Virus record (IMG/VR): IMGVR_UViG_3300048861_000081
Location: 3,689-67,688 of that record
DNA from: a virus
Lineage: Duplodnaviria > Caudoviricetes
DNA length: 64,000 nucleotides
Direction: 5' to 3' (one strand)
In this document: in pieces, positions 1-8,132 of the stretch
How positions within the stretch are numbered: position 1 is the first letter of the stretch
How the letters are laid out: every line of letters starts with the position of its first letter
The notes under the pieces: model-generated
Database searches by the model: none
What the model was told of the DNA's origin: nothing
Seen by the model: the letters and a program-made list of their open reading frames with translations, nothing else
Translations under genes and position numbers: made by a program

Positions 1-116
1 CGAGGCGCTTGATCATCCACGGTCGCGACATGGCACTCGTCACATTCGAGCGTGTGAAGCCAAGGCGTCTGACGGAAGTGGCCGCTATTGCAGAGGGGGC
101 AAAGACGATCAGACAT
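1..116 (-). CDS. Small Zn-ribbon protein, truncated by window edge
   Basis: Manual translation MSDRLCPLCNSGHF...LECDECH; start overlaps the stop of the upstream ORF. Confidence 0.45.
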   Translation of the reverse strand, partial: MSDRLCPLCNSGHFRQTPWLHTLECDECHVATVDDQAP

Positions 117-426
117 CGCCGCCCCCGATCTTGTTCAGGCGGTAGCCTTCGAACCGCTGGCAATCGATAGTCCAGCCGATCGGCTTCAGCCGCGCACGAA
201 GCTTGCTGATGTGCGCGAGGATGGTAGGTCCGTCAGGACCGCCATTGATTTCCCCGCTGTACATCTCCCATTCGATCTTTTCGCGCGGAGCGTACCGACC
301 TTTCGATGCGATCAGCGCGTTCAGGATTTGGCGCTCGCGGCGCGGCATCTTGATTGCCTCGGGATCGATATCGAACGCGCTGACAGGGGCCGATCGCCCG
401 CATGTAGGGCAGATATGATCAAGCAT
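109..426 (-). CDS. OmpR/PhoB-type winged-helix DNA-binding protein without receiver domain
   Basis: RERQILNALIASKGRYAPREKI...TILAHISKLRARL...GYRL matches the trans_reg_C pattern; N-terminal CPTC; start moved to ATG 426. Confidence 0.75.
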   Translation of the reverse strand: MLDHICPTCGRSAPVSAFDIDPEAIKMPRRERQILNALIASKGRYAPREKIEWEMYSGEINGGPDGPTILAHISKLRARLKPIGWTIDCQRFEGYRLNKIGGGDV

Positions 427-955
427 AGGGCGGCTCCTTCCATGCAACCGGTTGCTGGCCGCGAGGGATACGATGCGAGCCCCGCGCCATGGGATGCTTA
501 GGAGCGCCGCTCTGCGTCGTCCCGAGGCAATCAAGGCCGACGCCCTGCGCTTCTGCCCATCGGGCAAACCATCGCGCCCGCTCGTTGCCGTCGTTGCCCC
601 AGGCAACAAGCATTCTGCCGGTCGTCGACTTCGCATAGGCTACGGCTGCGGCAAGATGCTTTTCGTTTTCCGGCCCCATCGCGGCAACGCCGGCGGCGAA
701 CATTTCCTTCGGGTGCGATGCCCGGAACGCATACAGGTTGACGACGATCAGTCCGCCATAGCCCCAAAGCTTGGCGAAGTGGATCAGGGTCAAGACGGTC
801 GGATCGTTGAAGCGATGGTCGGCCGTCGAAGGATTGAGCATACAGACGACAAGAAGCGGCAGTCGGTCGTCCCAAACCCGTCGAAGTTCATATCGATAGC
901 AATCGATGATGATCGCGGTACTCGACATGAAGAGATCGAAAGCGGCGGCGGTCAT
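419..955 (-). CDS. DUF1643-family protein
   Basis: YRYELRRVW...CMLNPSTAD...DPT...GYGGLIVVNLYAFRAS signature. Confidence 0.85.
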   Translation of the reverse strand: MTAAAFDLFMSSTAIIIDCYRYELRRVWDDRLPLLVVCMLNPSTADHRFNDPTVLTLIHFAKLWGYGGLIVVNLYAFRASHPKEMFAAGVAAMGPENEKHLAAAVAYAKSTTGRMLVAWGNDGNERARWFARWAEAQGVGLDCLGTTQSGAPKHPMARGSHRIPRGQQPVAWKEPPYA

Positions 956-1386
956 ACGCCACCGCCTTTCAGTTCAGAGATCGGCATCGTCAGATAGGCG
1001 CCGATGTCAGCGAAGCCGCAGGTCTTCGCGAGCGACATCATGTCGTAGTTTTTGAAGGGAACGCCCAGGCCGATGCGAACACGGCCATCGTCTTGCCCGG
1101 CCTGCGCAGTCAGGCGGATAAGCTCGCTCGCTATCCCCTGACGGCGATAGGCCGGCTCAACGTAAAGAAGATGAAGCCATGTAAGAGCGTTGTCGGCCGG
1201 GTAATAGAAAACCGACATGCCGACCGTGTAGTTAAATTGGTTGACCGCGAAGATCGCCCGCTCGCCGGCGGTCGGAGGGTCGGGATCTTCGGCGATCCGA
1301 CCTTCAAAAATCATCAGCGAGAACAACTTGTCAGCCGCAGCTTTCCATTTCGGCACTTCAAGGTGCGTTTGGATGTATCGAACCAT
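952..1386 (-). CDS. GNAT-family N-acetyltransferase
   Basis: LYVEPAYRRQGIASELI acetyl-CoA-binding motif A; start MVRY at 1386 overlaps upstream stop. Confidence 0.8.
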   Translation of the reverse strand: MVRYIQTHLEVPKWKAAADKLFSLMIFEGRIAEDPDPPTAGERAIFAVNQFNYTVGMSVFYYPADNALTWLHLLYVEPAYRRQGIASELIRLTAQAGQDDGRVRIGLGVPFKNYDMMSLAKTCGFADIGAYLTMPISELKGGGV

Positions 1387-1622
1387 CACGCGCCACCCCG
1401 CGTAACCTTGCCGGGCGCCGGCTGATGTTGAACGTCGACCGGGCGCGTCGTATTCGGGACGCGCCATTGATCCTTGCGAACTGCCTGGCGCCGGCCGCCG
1501 GCGTACGCGACGCCGATATGGTCGTCGGCGACGTAAACGACGGTCGCCGGGTTCCATATCGTGCCGTCATGGGTGATGAAGCAGACCTCGATCGGGTCGC
1601 CGATTTTTAAGCCGTCAGTCAT
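1386..1622 (-). CDS. Hypothetical protein (possible SH3/Tudor-like beta barrel)
   Basis: Coupled stop/start overlaps; LKIGDPIEV...WNPATVV pattern. Confidence 0.55.
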   Translation of the reverse strand: MTDGLKIGDPIEVCFITHDGTIWNPATVVYVADDHIGVAYAGGRRQAVRKDQWRVPNTTRPVDVQHQPAPGKVTRGGA

Positions 1623-1797
1623 CGGCAAGAACCCCCGCGATCCTTGCAAGCTGCATGGCGATTGGCACTTCATCAAAGGTCAGCGTCTTGAAGTGTTCGG
1701 TTGCAAGAGCCCAATCGATCTGATCTTGACCGTTGAGATTTGGCGGCATCGCTTCGATTTCGGCCGCCGCGCGGAGAAGCTTTTCTGTCCGTGTCAT
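1615..1797 (-). CDS. Hypothetical protein
   Basis: ATGA overlap with upstream gene; operon continuity. Confidence 0.55.
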   Translation of the reverse strand: MTRTEKLLRAAAEIEAMPPNLNGQDQIDWALATEHFKTLTFDEVPIAMQLARIAGVLADD

Positions 1798-2258
1798 GCG
1801 CACCCCTCCGTTTTGATCTCAGAAAGGCGGATCTCTGCGAGCCGCTCTTTGGCCCGACCGAACATGAGGTCGAGGACCTTCTCGTCGCCGCCGAACTTGA
1901 TGCAGGCGAGGGCAACGCCGACGAGGACGCTTTCAGTTAAGATCATGACGTCGGTGGTTGACCCGCCTGCTGACAGGACCGGCTTGACGATACCGGTGAC
2001 GATCTTGCCAACTTGATCGTTGTGGACGGCTGGCGCATCGAAAGCGCGGTCGGTCTGAGGGATGCGCGCAGAGTTCGAGAACGCGGGGGAGCGCATCCAC
2101 GCGACAGTCTCGCGCTTGATTATCCCAAGAGCAGCGACGATGTTCGCGACCGGCTCGGTTGGGAATGTTTTCAAGGCGAATTCGGTAAGCTTATCCTCGT
2201 CGCATCCGTCCGGGGCATAGGTCCGAATATGCTTCGCCATTTCTTCAGGCGTTTTCAT
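1794..2258 (-). CDS. Hypothetical protein
   Basis: 154-aa ORF in a tightly packed operon. Confidence 0.7.
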   Translation of the reverse strand: MKTPEEMAKHIRTYAPDGCDEDKLTEFALKTFPTEPVANIVAALGIIKRETVAWMRSPAFSNSARIPQTDRAFDAPAVHNDQVGKIVTGIVKPVLSAGGSTTDVMILTESVLVGVALACIKFGGDEKVLDLMFGRAKERLAEIRLSEIKTEGCA

Positions 2259-2691
2259 TGGACTTCTTCTTTCCTTCTAGTTCAGGGAAGATCGCGTGCA
2301 ATCGATGATGGCAACGGGCGCAAAGCCAAACGACTTCCAAAGGTTTCGAGTAGTCTTTGTGATGGGCGTGGACTTTCGAAGCCGCACAAATGGCGCACGG
2401 CTCCTTCTTCAATTTTCCATCGCGGACGGCATTGTTGACGGCGTTCTGCGCGCGGTAGGCGGCAGGGTTCTTCACCCTCCAAGCCTTTGTTACCCGCGTT
2501 GCTTTGGCTATGCGTTCCGGACTTGAGGCCCTTTCCCGGTCCCTCATGCGAACGTCAGGGTTCCTTAGTCGATTGAGCTTCATTCGTTGCTTGTGGCAGT
2601 CTTTGCAGATTGCCATTCTTCCGGTTGACGCCCCAGGATCATTGTAGTAATCGTCGGGCAACTTCTGAGTATTGCAATCAAAACAAAACAC
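2245..2691 (-). CDS. HNH (His-Me finger) endonuclease-like protein
   Basis: CxxC pairs; CAICAASKVHAHHKDYSKPLEVVWLCARCHHRLH; AAGGAGGT RBS 5 nt before GTG. Confidence 0.75.
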   Translation of the reverse strand: MFCFDCNTQKLPDDYYNDPGASTGRMAICKDCHKQRMKLNRLRNPDVRMRDRERASSPERIAKATRVTKAWRVKNPAAYRAQNAVNNAVRDGKLKKEPCAICAASKVHAHHKDYSKPLEVVWLCARCHHRLHAIFPELEGKKKSNENA

Positions 2692-2702
2692 GACATACCT
2701 CC

Positions 2703-3206
2703 TTAAAAAGGTATATCGTCGTCTAGGTCGCGGCTATAGTTGCCTGACCCCGAGTTAGACTTGGAAGAATTGCCGCCACCGTTACCGCCACTGTTCGACC
2801 TGCTGCTTCCCCGGTCGTCATCGCGCCCGCGCGATCCGCGATCGCCGCCGCCGTCGTTCTTGTCGCCGAGCAGGTAAAGGGTCCCTCGGAAAGCAGTAAC
2901 GACGACCTTCGTCGCGTAATTCTTCTTTCCGTCCTTCTCCCATTCCTCCGTTTGAAGCTCGCCTTCGATACCGATCAGCGACCCTTTGTTGACGAATGGG
3001 CGGATAACGTTCTTGACCAAGCCGTCATTGAGAACCTTGATCCGGTGCCAGTGCGTCTTTTCCTTCCGCTCGCCGGTCTGCTTGTCCCGCCACTGCTCGG
3101 ACGTGGCGATCGAGAATTCCGCCATCTCGTCGCCGCTATTGAAGCGGCGCGTTTCCGGGTCGTTGCCTACGCGGCCGACGATGATGACCTTGTTGATGCC
3201 TGCCAT
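2703..3206 (-). CDS. ssb: Single-stranded DNA-binding protein
   Basis: INKVIIVGRVGNDPE, THWHRI, KGSLIGIEGELQT; acidic C-terminal DDDIPF. Confidence 0.97.
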   Translation of the reverse strand: MAGINKVIIVGRVGNDPETRRFNSGDEMAEFSIATSEQWRDKQTGERKEKTHWHRIKVLNDGLVKNVIRPFVNKGSLIGIEGELQTEEWEKDGKKNYATKVVVTAFRGTLYLLGDKNDGGGDRGSRGRDDDRGSSRSNSGGNGGGNSSKSNSGSGNYSRDLDDDIPF

Positions 3207-3225
3207 TTTCGGTTCCTCCCTTTTC

Positions 3226-3915
3226 TTAGATCGCTTGGCCGAAGACGGCGGCTGCCATTGCTTCGCACTTGGCCCGGTCGAGCCAATTATCGTCGGTCCT
3301 GATCCCGCTTTCGCAATCGATCCAGAAGTTCAGGCCGCCGGCTGACGCCTTCATATTGGCGATGGCATCGGCAACATTGTCCGGGGTAAGGCCTCCCGCG
3401 TAGCCGAAGTATTGGCCGGCGTTGCGCGCGAGCGTTTCCGGCTTCGACCATAGCCCGTCAAATTTCCCGGTCCCGCCGCTACGGTCCTGAAGGACATGGA
3501 CGTCTTTGATGAAGGGGATGAATGGGCCGCGCCACTGCATAATCACGGGCTTGCCGATTGCGGCGCTAAACCGTTGCAGCATGAGAATTGCTTCAGCATC
3601 GGCCTTCTGAGAATTCACCTGAACACGCGACACGAGGTTGAAGTCGATGATGTCGCAAAGTTCCTGCCATTCGTTGGCGAAGACCATTTCGGCATAGCGA
3701 CCGCAAAGGTGGAAGGCCAGGCGCCTCTGATAAACGCCGTCAGTGATCCGTTTGATTGCCTCGCGCGTCGGGTAGCGCGGCGACTGCCCGACCTTTGGCG
3801 ATCGAAGGATCGCGAATTCAATACGGTCTCGGGAATAATGGCTATATCTGTCGCAGATATCGTTGATAAAGTCTGCGCTTGTGCGTTCATCGACGCCGGT
3901 CATTGTGAGTTTCAT
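3226..3915 (-). CDS. Phosphoribosylanthranilate isomerase (TrpF)-like TIM-barrel protein
   Basis: LQDRSGGTG, GYAGGLTPDNV and IDCESGIR resemble TrpF motifs; start set at MKLT. Confidence 0.65.
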   Translation of the reverse strand: MKLTMTGVDERTSADFINDICDRYSHYSRDRIEFAILRSPKVGQSPRYPTREAIKRITDGVYQRRLAFHLCGRYAEMVFANEWQELCDIIDFNLVSRVQVNSQKADAEAILMLQRFSAAIGKPVIMQWRGPFIPFIKDVHVLQDRSGGTGKFDGLWSKPETLARNAGQYFGYAGGLTPDNVADAIANMKASAGGLNFWIDCESGIRTDDNWLDRAKCEAMAAAVFGQAI

Positions 3916-3937
3916 TATCGGTATCCTGGGAAAGAGG

Positions 3938-4090
3938 TTACTTCGACCGGCGGCGCATCCGCCGGCTGTAATCTTTGAAATTGAGGATCTTGCCGACCTG
4001 ACGGTCGGTTTCGTGGACATCGCCGGTCGCGGCGTAGATGCCGAAAAGCGTTCCGATCGCGATACCGAGAAGAAGCCAAAGCAACCACAT
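3938..4090 (-). CDS. Small single-pass membrane protein (50 aa)
   Basis: Manual translation MWLLWLLLGIAIGTLFGIYAATG...RRMRRRSK; TGATG overlap with upstream gene. Confidence 0.6.
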   Translation of the reverse strand: MWLLWLLLGIAIGTLFGIYAATGDVHETDRQVGKILNFKDYSRRMRRRSK

Positions 4091-4677
4091 CAGCCGATCT
4101 CCCGAAGCGCTTCGTCGCGGGCGCGGTTCAACTCGGCCATCGCCTCGTGCGAACCCGTCGCCGTATCGGGGTGGCAGGTCTTAGCCATAAGGCGATAAGC
4201 GCCTTCGATACGGTCCTTTGTAATGACGCCCGGCTTGTCGGCGTTGAAGCCGAGAATTTCCCGCCAAGGCCGCTTGCGATCGCCCGCCGGCGGCAATGCC
4301 AGGAACCCTGTGAACGTCGCCCTGACAAGCGCAAGCGTCCCATGTCGGAGCTCGACGCGGCGCGCTTCGATAATGTGATGGATCGCCTGAAGGTTGGCTT
4401 CGACGGTCTGATACCGATCGACAGGGATACAGACTTGCAGGCCGTCCCATGTGAACCAGATCGCAACGCCGGGGTCGGCCGGCCTGTTTTCGCCAAGGGT
4501 TACATTCGACGAAATCACGAGGTTGCTGATGGCCTTCCCGCTATCGCGGCCGAAAAGGTTCATCGAGTTTTTGACGTTCGCCAGGGCGCCGCTAAGCGCC
4601 GTTTTGAACTGTCCTTTCTCGCGAACCTTCTGACGCGGGATGTTGCTCGGCCATGTCAAAGGATATGCGACGGTCAT
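4090..4677 (-). CDS. Phage J-domain protein (C-terminal DnaJ domain)
   Basis: PWREILG...IEGAYRLMAKTCHPD...MAELNRARDEAL with intact HPD. Confidence 0.85.
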   Translation of the reverse strand: MTVAYPLTWPSNIPRQKVREKGQFKTALSGALANVKNSMNLFGRDSGKAISNLVISSNVTLGENRPADPGVAIWFTWDGLQVCIPVDRYQTVEANLQAIHHIIEARRVELRHGTLALVRATFTGFLALPPAGDRKRPWREILGFNADKPGVITKDRIEGAYRLMAKTCHPDTATGSHEAMAELNRARDEALREIG

Positions 4678-4681
4678 CGCG

Positions 4682-5305
4682 TCAGTCCTCCCATCCATCG
4701 ATACGGCAGTCGCCGATCCGGGTTGCTCTGAAGGTCCCGTCAGCCCGGCGGTCCAAAATCGTCCGGGTCATCGATCCCGCGAACTTCGCGCACTCGAACC
4801 CGCCGGCGCCTGCTACAAGGAAGATGCAAGTCGCGTCCGGGCCTTTGCCCAGGCCGCAACGATCGGCGGGGACATCGTCCGGCAACGGGATGATGTTGCC
4901 GCCTTCCTTCTTGCGTTTGAGCGCCGGGACTTGCGGGCCGTGGGGATTTGCGAAGACAGAAAAGCTATTGTCTTCGATCGAGGCGATGACTTCCCGGCCG
5001 TTCAGATTGCAAAGGATTGCTTCGCAGTAGGACAGGACATTCGTGAAGCCGAAAGCATGCCCGCGCCGCGCGAGGATGATGCCGGACCCGACCTCATCGA
5101 ATTCAACATTCCAGTTCGACGCGACGTCAGCCTTCAGAACGAATTCGTCGGGCTTGCAGGGCATCGACGCAGCCGCATCTTTCAGGCGCCCGGCGACGGT
5201 CCAGAAGTCGCGCGACAGATCAAAGACCTTGTCGCCTCGTTCGATATTCCACGGCCGGCGCCAGCCCAAATATTCGAGGCGGCCTTCAATGACGATCTGC
5301 GTCAT
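4682..5305 (-). CDS. Hypothetical protein, Cys-containing C-terminus
   Basis: ATGA overlap with helicase stop. Confidence 0.65.
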   Translation of the reverse strand: MTQIVIEGRLEYLGWRRPWNIERGDKVFDLSRDFWTVAGRLKDAAASMPCKPDEFVLKADVASNWNVEFDEVGSGIILARRGHAFGFTNVLSYCEAILCNLNGREVIASIEDNSFSVFANPHGPQVPALKRKKEGGNIIPLPDDVPADRCGLGKGPDATCIFLVAGAGGFECAKFAGSMTRTILDRRADGTFRATRIGDCRIDGWED

Positions 5306-6396
5306 AGGATGACCGTCACTTTCTCCGCTGCGCGGGTGACGGCGGTATATAGCCAACGCCTTGCGTCTTCGCGGGCGATGTAGCTTTCGTCAAAGACGCA
5401 GACGTTGTTCCATTGGCTACCCTGGGCCTTATGGACGGTGATGGCGTACGCAAAATCGAAAGGCTGGTATTTCTTCTTCTCGCGCCAATCGAGATTATTT
5501 TCTTCGCCCTTCAGCCATGCGTGGTGCGTTGAAACCAGCTGCGGAACCTTGACCATGCCGGCATCGAGAGGCGAAACCTCCATGACGGTTTCGTCGTCCG
5601 TCTGCTTTCTAATCTTGTCAGTCCGCCAGATGCTCCCGTTGAGGAGGCCCTTTTCTTTGTCATTCTTCAGGCAGATGACCCGGTCATTCAGCATGAAATG
5701 CGGCTCGGTAAAGCCGAGCAGCGACCGAAGCCGACCGTTGTATTTCCGCCGGGTCTGGTTCTTCCCGACAAGGACCTGATCAGCGTCAAGGACGGTTTGC
5801 GCAGTCATGCCTTCGCGGGTCCTGACGACGCTTTCTCCGTACGTCCCGCGATCGAGGCGACCATCTTCGCGGACCATCATCGATAGGCGTATGATCGGGT
5901 TGTCCGCCGCCTGACGGTGGATTTCCGTCAGCATGAAGTCGGGCTCGCCTGACGTGAAATAGCCTGGGCCCTCGATCGGCGGCAACTGTTCGGGGTCGCC
6001 CAGGACGAGGATCTTCCGGCCGAACGACATCAGATCGCGGCCGAGTTCTTCGCCGACCATAGACACCTCGTCGATGACGATCAGGTCGGCGTCAGCGGCA
6101 GGGCTTTCGGGGTTGATGACGAAGCGCGGGACCGGCGAGTTCGGGTTGTCGATCTTGTAGATCAGCGAATGAATGGTGCTTGCGCCGTCGCAGCCCTTCG
6201 ATTGAAGAACGAGCGCAGCCTTGCCGGTGAACGTTGCAAAACAGACGTCGCCGACGCTTTCGGCGAGCCACTTTGCAATGGTCGTCTTGCCGGTTCCGGC
6301 ATATCCGGCGAGGTAGAAGAACTGCTTACCGCCGGGGTCTTTCCGCCATGCGTCGACCGCCTTGGCGGCCTGATCTTGTTGTGGGGCGAGCTTCAT
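5302..6396 (-). CDS. RecD/Dda-like superfamily 1B DNA helicase
   Basis: GYAGTGKTT Walker A, IVIDEVSMV, LGDPEQLPP, TVHKAQGSQW, LYTAVTRA. Confidence 0.92.
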   Translation of the reverse strand: MKLAPQQDQAAKAVDAWRKDPGGKQFFYLAGYAGTGKTTIAKWLAESVGDVCFATFTGKAALVLQSKGCDGASTIHSLIYKIDNPNSPVPRFVINPESPAADADLIVIDEVSMVGEELGRDLMSFGRKILVLGDPEQLPPIEGPGYFTSGEPDFMLTEIHRQAADNPIIRLSMMVREDGRLDRGTYGESVVRTREGMTAQTVLDADQVLVGKNQTRRKYNGRLRSLLGFTEPHFMLNDRVICLKNDKEKGLLNGSIWRTDKIRKQTDDETVMEVSPLDAGMVKVPQLVSTHHAWLKGEENNLDWREKKKYQPFDFAYAITVHKAQGSQWNNVCVFDESYIAREDARRWLYTAVTRAAEKVTVIL

Positions 6397-6513
6397 CGGC
6401 GGCGCCTTTCCAACTCATTTCCAACTCTGTGGACGTGCGAAATCATCTTCAAGGAGAATTCCTCGGTTTAATCAGGGGATAGCAACGCCGCGCACTTGAC
6501 GCGGCGCGGCTGC

Positions 6514-6849
6514 TTAATCGCAGGGAACGCCGTCAGGATCGTCCGGGTCGATACCGAGGAACATCGCGGCTCGACGGGCTTCAGCGCTTTCGATCGGCGG
6601 GGTTGGGGACGGCGGCGGGGGCGGTTCACAGGCGACCGCGTCGGAGGCGGGCCAGCTAAGATAGACTTTCTCTGTCCTGGGAACCGACCGGAAGGCTTCC
6701 TTCGGTTCAAACACAATGACTGTATGGCCGAGATTATCCTCGGCCCACGCGCGGGCCTTTACGATCGCTTCGTCTTCGCGTTCAGCCAGGCCAACCGAGC
6801 GAACATCGTCGGCATCCCAAACCAGATAAAAGCGTGCTTTCTCAGCCAT
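6514..6849 (-). CDS. Hypothetical protein with Pro-rich linker
   Basis: RBS AGGAG before ATG 6849. Confidence 0.6.
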   Translation of the reverse strand: MAEKARFYLVWDADDVRSVGLAEREDEAIVKARAWAEDNLGHTVIVFEPKEAFRSVPRTEKVYLSWPASDAVACEPPPPPSPTPPIESAEARRAAMFLGIDPDDPDGVPCD

Positions 6850-7093
6850 TGATCGGCTCCTTCTGATTGGCCGGGACGTCGCCAACGACTACGCTGACAA
6901 GGACGCCGAGCGCCTGGGCGATCCGCACAAGCTGCGCAGCCGACAGGGTCGATGAACTGTTCTCGATCCGGCTGATGAAATGACTTGTCAAACTGGTCGC
7001 CTTGGCGAGCGCTTCGACGTCCATCTTCTTCGACAGGCGCAGCGCGCGAACGCGTACTGCGATGGTCTTGTTGATATCGCCGTCAGCCTGCAT
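6842..7093 (-). CDS. XRE-family HTH regulator
   Basis: VRALRLSKKMDVEALAKATSLTSHFISRIENS...LVRIAQALGV. Confidence 0.88.
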   Translation of the reverse strand: MQADGDINKTIAVRVRALRLSKKMDVEALAKATSLTSHFISRIENSSSTLSAAQLVRIAQALGVLVSVVVGDVPANQKEPING

Positions 7094-7812
7094 CAGAGGG
7101 CGCCCCGCTTATCGAGATGGAACTTGGCAGAGTGGCGCGTGTCCCGATCGAGATCAGCATTGTCGACCATCCATCGGAGGTAATCGGTCGGGACCTCTTC
7201 GTAAGTCTTGCCACGATGCTTGTTGCCGAAGCGCAAGACTTTTTGCAGGATCGGGCCGTTCGTCCATTCGATCATGTCGGATAGCGAGGCGCCTTCGTTG
7301 ATGATCGTTGCGAGCAGATGCGCGGTCACATAGCTATCCGGCCCGGCTTCATGCGCCGGTGTCGCTAGATCGCGGTCGACCGGCAGCTTCAGCAAGTAGC
7401 GAAGGAACTGGTTACTATGGCGCTCCGCGTCCGGCCAAACGACTTTCGCGGCCTTCAAGGTGCATATGAACGGCTTCCCGTAACCGGTGAAGTAATGGCC
7501 GTCATGCTCCTTGTTATGGCAGGCGAAGGCGTCGGCGCCATCGACAAGAAGCATCAGCGCCGCGTCAGGCGACATAGCATCCTTGACGTCGTCCTCTTCG
7601 ATGTGATGGGTCGCCTTGGCGCCGATATCGATCCGCAGCTTCGGGTTAGCCCGGAACGGATTGCAGAAGACCTGCATCGGGTCTTTGATGACGGTCGCGG
7701 TCCCCGCACGGTCGTTGTATTCAACATCGGTCCAGCCGAGTTGAATGATGGCGGATGGCTTCCCCTCTTCGGGGAAGCCGGTCGTCTCTACGTCGAATGT
7801 TCTAATGATCAT
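7093..7812 (-). CDS. DEDDh 3'-5' exonuclease (ExoX-like) with C-terminal DUF3820-like domain
   Basis: FDVETTG, ACHN...D, HEAGPD; LRFGNKHRGKTYEEVPTDYLRWM. Confidence 0.85.
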   Translation of the reverse strand: MIIRTFDVETTGFPEEGKPSAIIQLGWTDVEYNDRAGTATVIKDPMQVFCNPFRANPKLRIDIGAKATHHIEEDDVKDAMSPDAALMLLVDGADAFACHNKEHDGHYFTGYGKPFICTLKAAKVVWPDAERHSNQFLRYLLKLPVDRDLATPAHEAGPDSYVTAHLLATIINEGASLSDMIEWTNGPILQKVLRFGNKHRGKTYEEVPTDYLRWMVDNADLDRDTRHSAKFHLDKRGAL

Positions 7813-8132
7813 AGCAAAACCCGTCCTATACTGGCGGACTGATCGGCATCCGGCGTGAACATGTCGGCGGCGGCGATCTCGACGAGTTTCGTCTTGGCGT
7901 CAGCCGCTTTCTTGCGGGCGCTTGTCAGCGCCGAGCGGATGACGAGCTCATAACCGCGCGTCCCCATTTCTTCGTCGATTAGCGCCGGGATGACGACATC
8001 GCCGGCGTCTGTCGACATGCGCAGCCGGAAGGACCCGCCGTTCTTTTCGAACGCTTCCAGAGCCGCGACGCGGGTTTCGGCTGCTCGCCATTCGTTCAGG
8101 GCGCTTTCGTAGGTTGCGAAGACGGCGGTCAT
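7809..8132 (-). CDS. Hypothetical protein
   Basis: Overlapping stop/start with neighbours. Confidence 0.65.
   Translation of the reverse strand: MTAVFATYESALNEWRAAETRVAALEAFEKNGGSFRLRMSTDAGDVVIPALIDEEMGTRGYELVIRSALTSARKKAADAKTKLVEIAAADMFTPDADQSASIGRVLL

Noticed and set aside
6409-6425. TCCAAC twice, 11 bp apart, resembling operator half-sites
   Set aside because: Direct rather than inverted orientation; does not fit the 17-bp palindrome; kept only as a possible weak site
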